Part shown: piece by piece, positions 36,558-39,282 of the stretch
How the letters are laid out: each line of letters opens with the position of its first letter
Numbering within the stretch: position 1 is the first letter of the stretch
Sequence record: NZ_CP023006.1
Strand: one strand, 5' to 3'
DNA: 39,282 nucleotides
DNA from: a plasmid
Notes under the pieces: generated by a model
Told to the model about the DNA's origin: nothing
Seen by the model: the letters and a program-made list of their open reading frames with translations, nothing else
Database searches by the model: none
Made by a program: the position numbers and the translations under genes

Positions 36558-37493
36558 ATGTCTAATGAGTTAGTTAAGTATGATCCTGAGTTGAATACTA
36601 TTCCCTTGAGAAAATTTACCCCAATTGAGATGAATTTATTTTTTTCAATTGTTTCCCGCATGCGGGATCAAGGGAATAAAACTGTTCGTTTCTCTTTTGA
36701 CCAGTTAAAAGAGCTTAGTAACTATAAACCAACCGCAAATAAACGTTTTATTGATGATATTGAAAATACATACCAAAAGATCCTCAGCCTTAGGTTTGGC
36801 CGTAGAAGTAAGAGTGGCTTAAATCGTGAATTTTTTGTTATGTTTACTGAATTTGAAATTAAAGGTGAAGCTGAAGAACCTTATGTTGATATTCAGGTTT
36901 ATCCCAAAGCATTGCACTTGCTAAACGATTTAGAAAGTTGGGTTCGTTATGCCCTAACAGAATTTAGAAATTTAAAAAGCAGTTACGCTAAAACAATGTT
37001 TCGTCTAATTAAGCAATTTCGAACTACTGGCTATTCTTATTTCTCTAAAGAAGATTTTTTTGAATTGCTTGATATACCTAAAAGTTATTGGAATAGTCCT
37101 TCAAATGTTGACAAAAAGGTTATTAAGCCAATTAGAGAAGAATTAACCCCGCTTTTTAGAGGGCTAACGATTAGAAAAAAATATGGTAAAGGCAGAGGAA
37201 AACCAGTTATCGGTTATTCTTTTACTTGGAAACCTGAAAGCAAGGACGCAAATGATTTTTCTCAAGGCAAATTTCAAGATGAGCGTCAAAAACTCTTTAA
37301 CATTCAACACAATGATGAATTATCAGATAAAGAAAAGTGGCGTGCAATTGACAAAGTTAAATGCTTGCCTTTAGGAACAACTGAAAAACAGGTACTGGCT
37401 GAAAAACAAGCTGAACATGATCAAAAAATCAGAGATCAAGCAAGACAAGAAGCACTTGCTGAACTCCGAAAGGGGCTTGGAAATAATGCCTAA
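36558..37493 (+). CDS. repB: RepB replication initiator, copy C
   Basis: Identical to 10370..11305 (+26188). Confidence 0.85.
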   Translation: MSNELVKYDPELNTIPLRKFTPIEMNLFFSIVSRMRDQGNKTVRFSFDQLKELSNYKPTANKRFIDDIENTYQKILSLRFGRRSKSGLNREFFVMFTEFEIKGEAEEPYVDIQVYPKALHLLNDLESWVRYALTEFRNLKSSYAKTMFRLIKQFRTTGYSYFSKEDFFELLDIPKSYWNSPSNVDKKVIKPIREELTPLFRGLTIRKKYGKGRGKPVIGYSFTWKPESKDANDFSQGKFQDERQKLFNIQHNDELSDKEKWRAIDKVKCLPLGTTEKQVLAEKQAEHDQKIRDQARQEALAELRKGLGNNA

Positions 37494-37763
37494 AACAATT
37501 AGAGAACTTGCTGATGAATTTGGTGTATCAAAACAAGCCATTAGGGAAAAAATAGATGCAAACTTTAGTTGTTGTTAATTCGGGATATTTGCTGTTAAAG
37601 CAACATTCATTGGTGGCAACAACCAGAACCAAATCAATTATATTTTAGCTTGAAGATTGATACCTAGTTTAAAAAACGACAAGAACGACAACCAAGTTTA
37701 AGCTTTGCTTGTCGATTGGTGTTCTTGTCGTTTTTAACTTATAATTTAAGGCGGATTAATTAG

Positions 37764-38327
37764 GTGGTGAAACTATTGGGCAAGACTATTCGACAACTTT
37801 CAGAAGAATTGAAATTATCAAAACAAGGTATTAATCAACGTATTAATAGTATTAATGGCTTTCGAAGCAAACACACTTATAAAGTCAAAAACCATCTAGA
37901 AATAGACAACCAAGGCGTTAAAATGCTTGCTAATTTCGACAAGCAAAAACGACAAGAACGACAACCAAATCGGCAAGCTGAAAACGACAAGGACAAAAAT
38001 ATTGATCATATCTTGCTAAAACAACTTGATGTTAAAGATCAACAAATTTCCAAATTACAAAAGTCCTTGGATCAGCAGCAACAACTACAGTTAGCGACAC
38101 TTGCCGAAAATCGTCAACTAAAGAACCATATTCAAGAATTGAGTGGTCTTCTTGAATCTTCTAATTCAATTCAAAAACGACAAGTAACCAAGAAAAATGA
38201 CAACTTTCCGAACAATGATAATTCCAGTCATATCAAGGATAAAAATGGTGTTGTCGGTACTGATGAAAAACAAAAGAAAATACATAAAAATAAAACCAAT
38301 AAGAGTTGGTGGCATTTTTGGAAATAA
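37764..38327 (+). CDS. OrfX-like HTH/coiled-coil protein, copy C
   Basis: Identical to 11576..12139 (+26188). Confidence 0.65.
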   Translation: MVKLLGKTIRQLSEELKLSKQGINQRINSINGFRSKHTYKVKNHLEIDNQGVKMLANFDKQKRQERQPNRQAENDKDKNIDHILLKQLDVKDQQISKLQKSLDQQQQLQLATLAENRQLKNHIQELSGLLESSNSIQKRQVTKKNDNFPNNDNSSHIKDKNGVVGTDEKQKKIHKNKTNKSWWHFWK

Positions 38328-38364
38328 ATTTCAGAGCAGTTATCAAAACTTTGGAGGGGTATCC

Positions 38365-39279
38365 TTGAAAGAAGACCACAAACAATCAAGCGAGAATCTG
38401 AGCTCTAACGATATTCATGAAAATATAATAAGAAAATATATGCCTGATATTCTGAATATTTTACTTATTGATAGAACAACAAGCACAGCTAATGGTACTC
38501 ATAATATAATTTGGGCAAATAAGAATTATCTAAAGTATGATTCCAAAAGATATGCTATGACAGCGGAAATCAAGCCCGAACTAATCACGGGACTTATGGA
38601 AGGCATTATTCGTCCAAGAGCGTTAAAAACTAAAGAGATTCAAAAAAGACGGACTAAATCGAAAGCCGAGGTTTTTACACCAACTTGGATAGTAAAAAAA
38701 CAGAATGATGAAGTTGACAATGATTTTGCCAACGATGATTTAGAAACTTACGTAAAGCGAACCTGGCTTGAGATTACTTGCGGGGAAGCTCCTTATATGA
38801 CAACTAGATATGATATGGACACCGGGAAAACTATTCCTATTGCTAAGCGTGTTGGATTCATTGATCGAAAGCTAGCTCGCATCAATAAGGAAGTTGACGG
38901 TAAATTGGAATGGCAACGGCTGGTTGAAGAATCTTATAAATCCAGCTATGGTTTTGAATGGAATGGGGATTCACTGCTATTAGCGCGTGAAAACTTGCTT
39001 TATACTTACCGTGATAATTTTTTGATTAAGTGGCATACAGAGCCAACTCTAATTTTGCTTAGATCAATTGCTAAAATCATTAGTTACAATGTTTTTCAAA
39101 TGGATGGCTTAAAATATACAATTCCTTTGACTGAAAGAAAAGAAAAAAAGATTGATCCACAAATGTCATTGTTTGAAGATTATAGTGATGAGAAGTGGAT
39201 AGTTAAGCCTGGAAAACGTGTAAAAATAATGAATTGGGAAAAAAATAAAATGGAATTTTTTGATCAAGGAGTGAAATAA
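38365..39279 (+). CDS. Hypothetical 304-aa protein, copy C
   Basis: Identical to 12177..13091 (+26188). Confidence 0.6.
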   Translation: MKEDHKQSSENLSSNDIHENIIRKYMPDILNILLIDRTTSTANGTHNIIWANKNYLKYDSKRYAMTAEIKPELITGLMEGIIRPRALKTKEIQKRRTKSKAEVFTPTWIVKKQNDEVDNDFANDDLETYVKRTWLEITCGEAPYMTTRYDMDTGKTIPIAKRVGFIDRKLARINKEVDGKLEWQRLVEESYKSSYGFEWNGDSLLLARENLLYTYRDNFLIKWHTEPTLILLRSIAKIISYNVFQMDGLKYTIPLTERKEKKIDPQMSLFEDYSDEKWIVKPGKRVKIMNWEKNKMEFFDQGVK

Positions 39280-39282
39280 GTG

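Larger units (their letters stand above)
26189..39282. repeat. Tandem unit copy C (identical to copy A)
   Basis: Same ORF set shifted by exactly 26188. The window ends on the first base (G) of the GTG start codon, which continues as TG at window bases 1-2. Confidence 0.95.

Overview
The window is three exact head-to-tail copies of a 13,094-bp unit (39,282 = 3 x 13,094). Every ORF and every intergenic segment I spot-checked recurs identically at +13,094 and +26,188. The unit junction falls inside the GTG start codon of the largest gene: its G is window base 39282 and its TG are bases 1-2. The unit looks like a low-GC (about one third GC) iteron-type theta-replicating plasmid of a lactic-acid-bacterium type. 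That reading rests on four and a half 22-bp iterons plus AT-rich short direct repeats upstream of a Rep_3-like repB, followed by a tiny orfX-like ORF. It is either a concatemeric assembly of a circular plasmid or a genuine multimer. Apart from the replicon, the unit carries the following. (i) A short catalytic-domain-only tyrosine recombinase with a cluster of three cognate-looking 13-15-bp sites, likely a multimer-resolution module, plus a nonsense-mutated and 3'-truncated second recombinase copy. (ii) A Phd/YefM-type antitoxin and a RelE/YafQ-type toxin with TGTAC operator repeats. (iii) A convergent Mrr-family type IV restriction gene. (iv) The most interesting part, a tightly packed five-gene same-strand operon. 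It encodes an OrfX-like HTH/coiled-coil protein, a 304-aa unknown protein, and a 1410-aa single polypeptide with a T5orf172 (GIY-YIG-superfamily) N-terminal domain, an SF2 DExH helicase, a K/E-rich coiled coil, a gamma-class N6-adenine methyltransferase (NPPY) and a C-terminal TRD-like region. That architecture is Type ISP restriction-modification-like, but with a different nuclease module. It is followed 20 nt downstream by a cGAS/DncV-like (SMODS/CD-NTase) nucleotidyltransferase carrying all three catalytic motifs, and then a 186-aa effector with two N-terminal TM helices and a beta-rich C-terminus (Cap15-like). This is a candidate fused or co-transcribed RM plus minimal-CBASS defence operon that, as far as I know, is not a described arrangement. 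Two GC-rich, highly structured non-coding islands (about 7300-7640 and 9730-10100) are unexplained by the gene models. All product calls are from motif reading by eye; no database search was possible.
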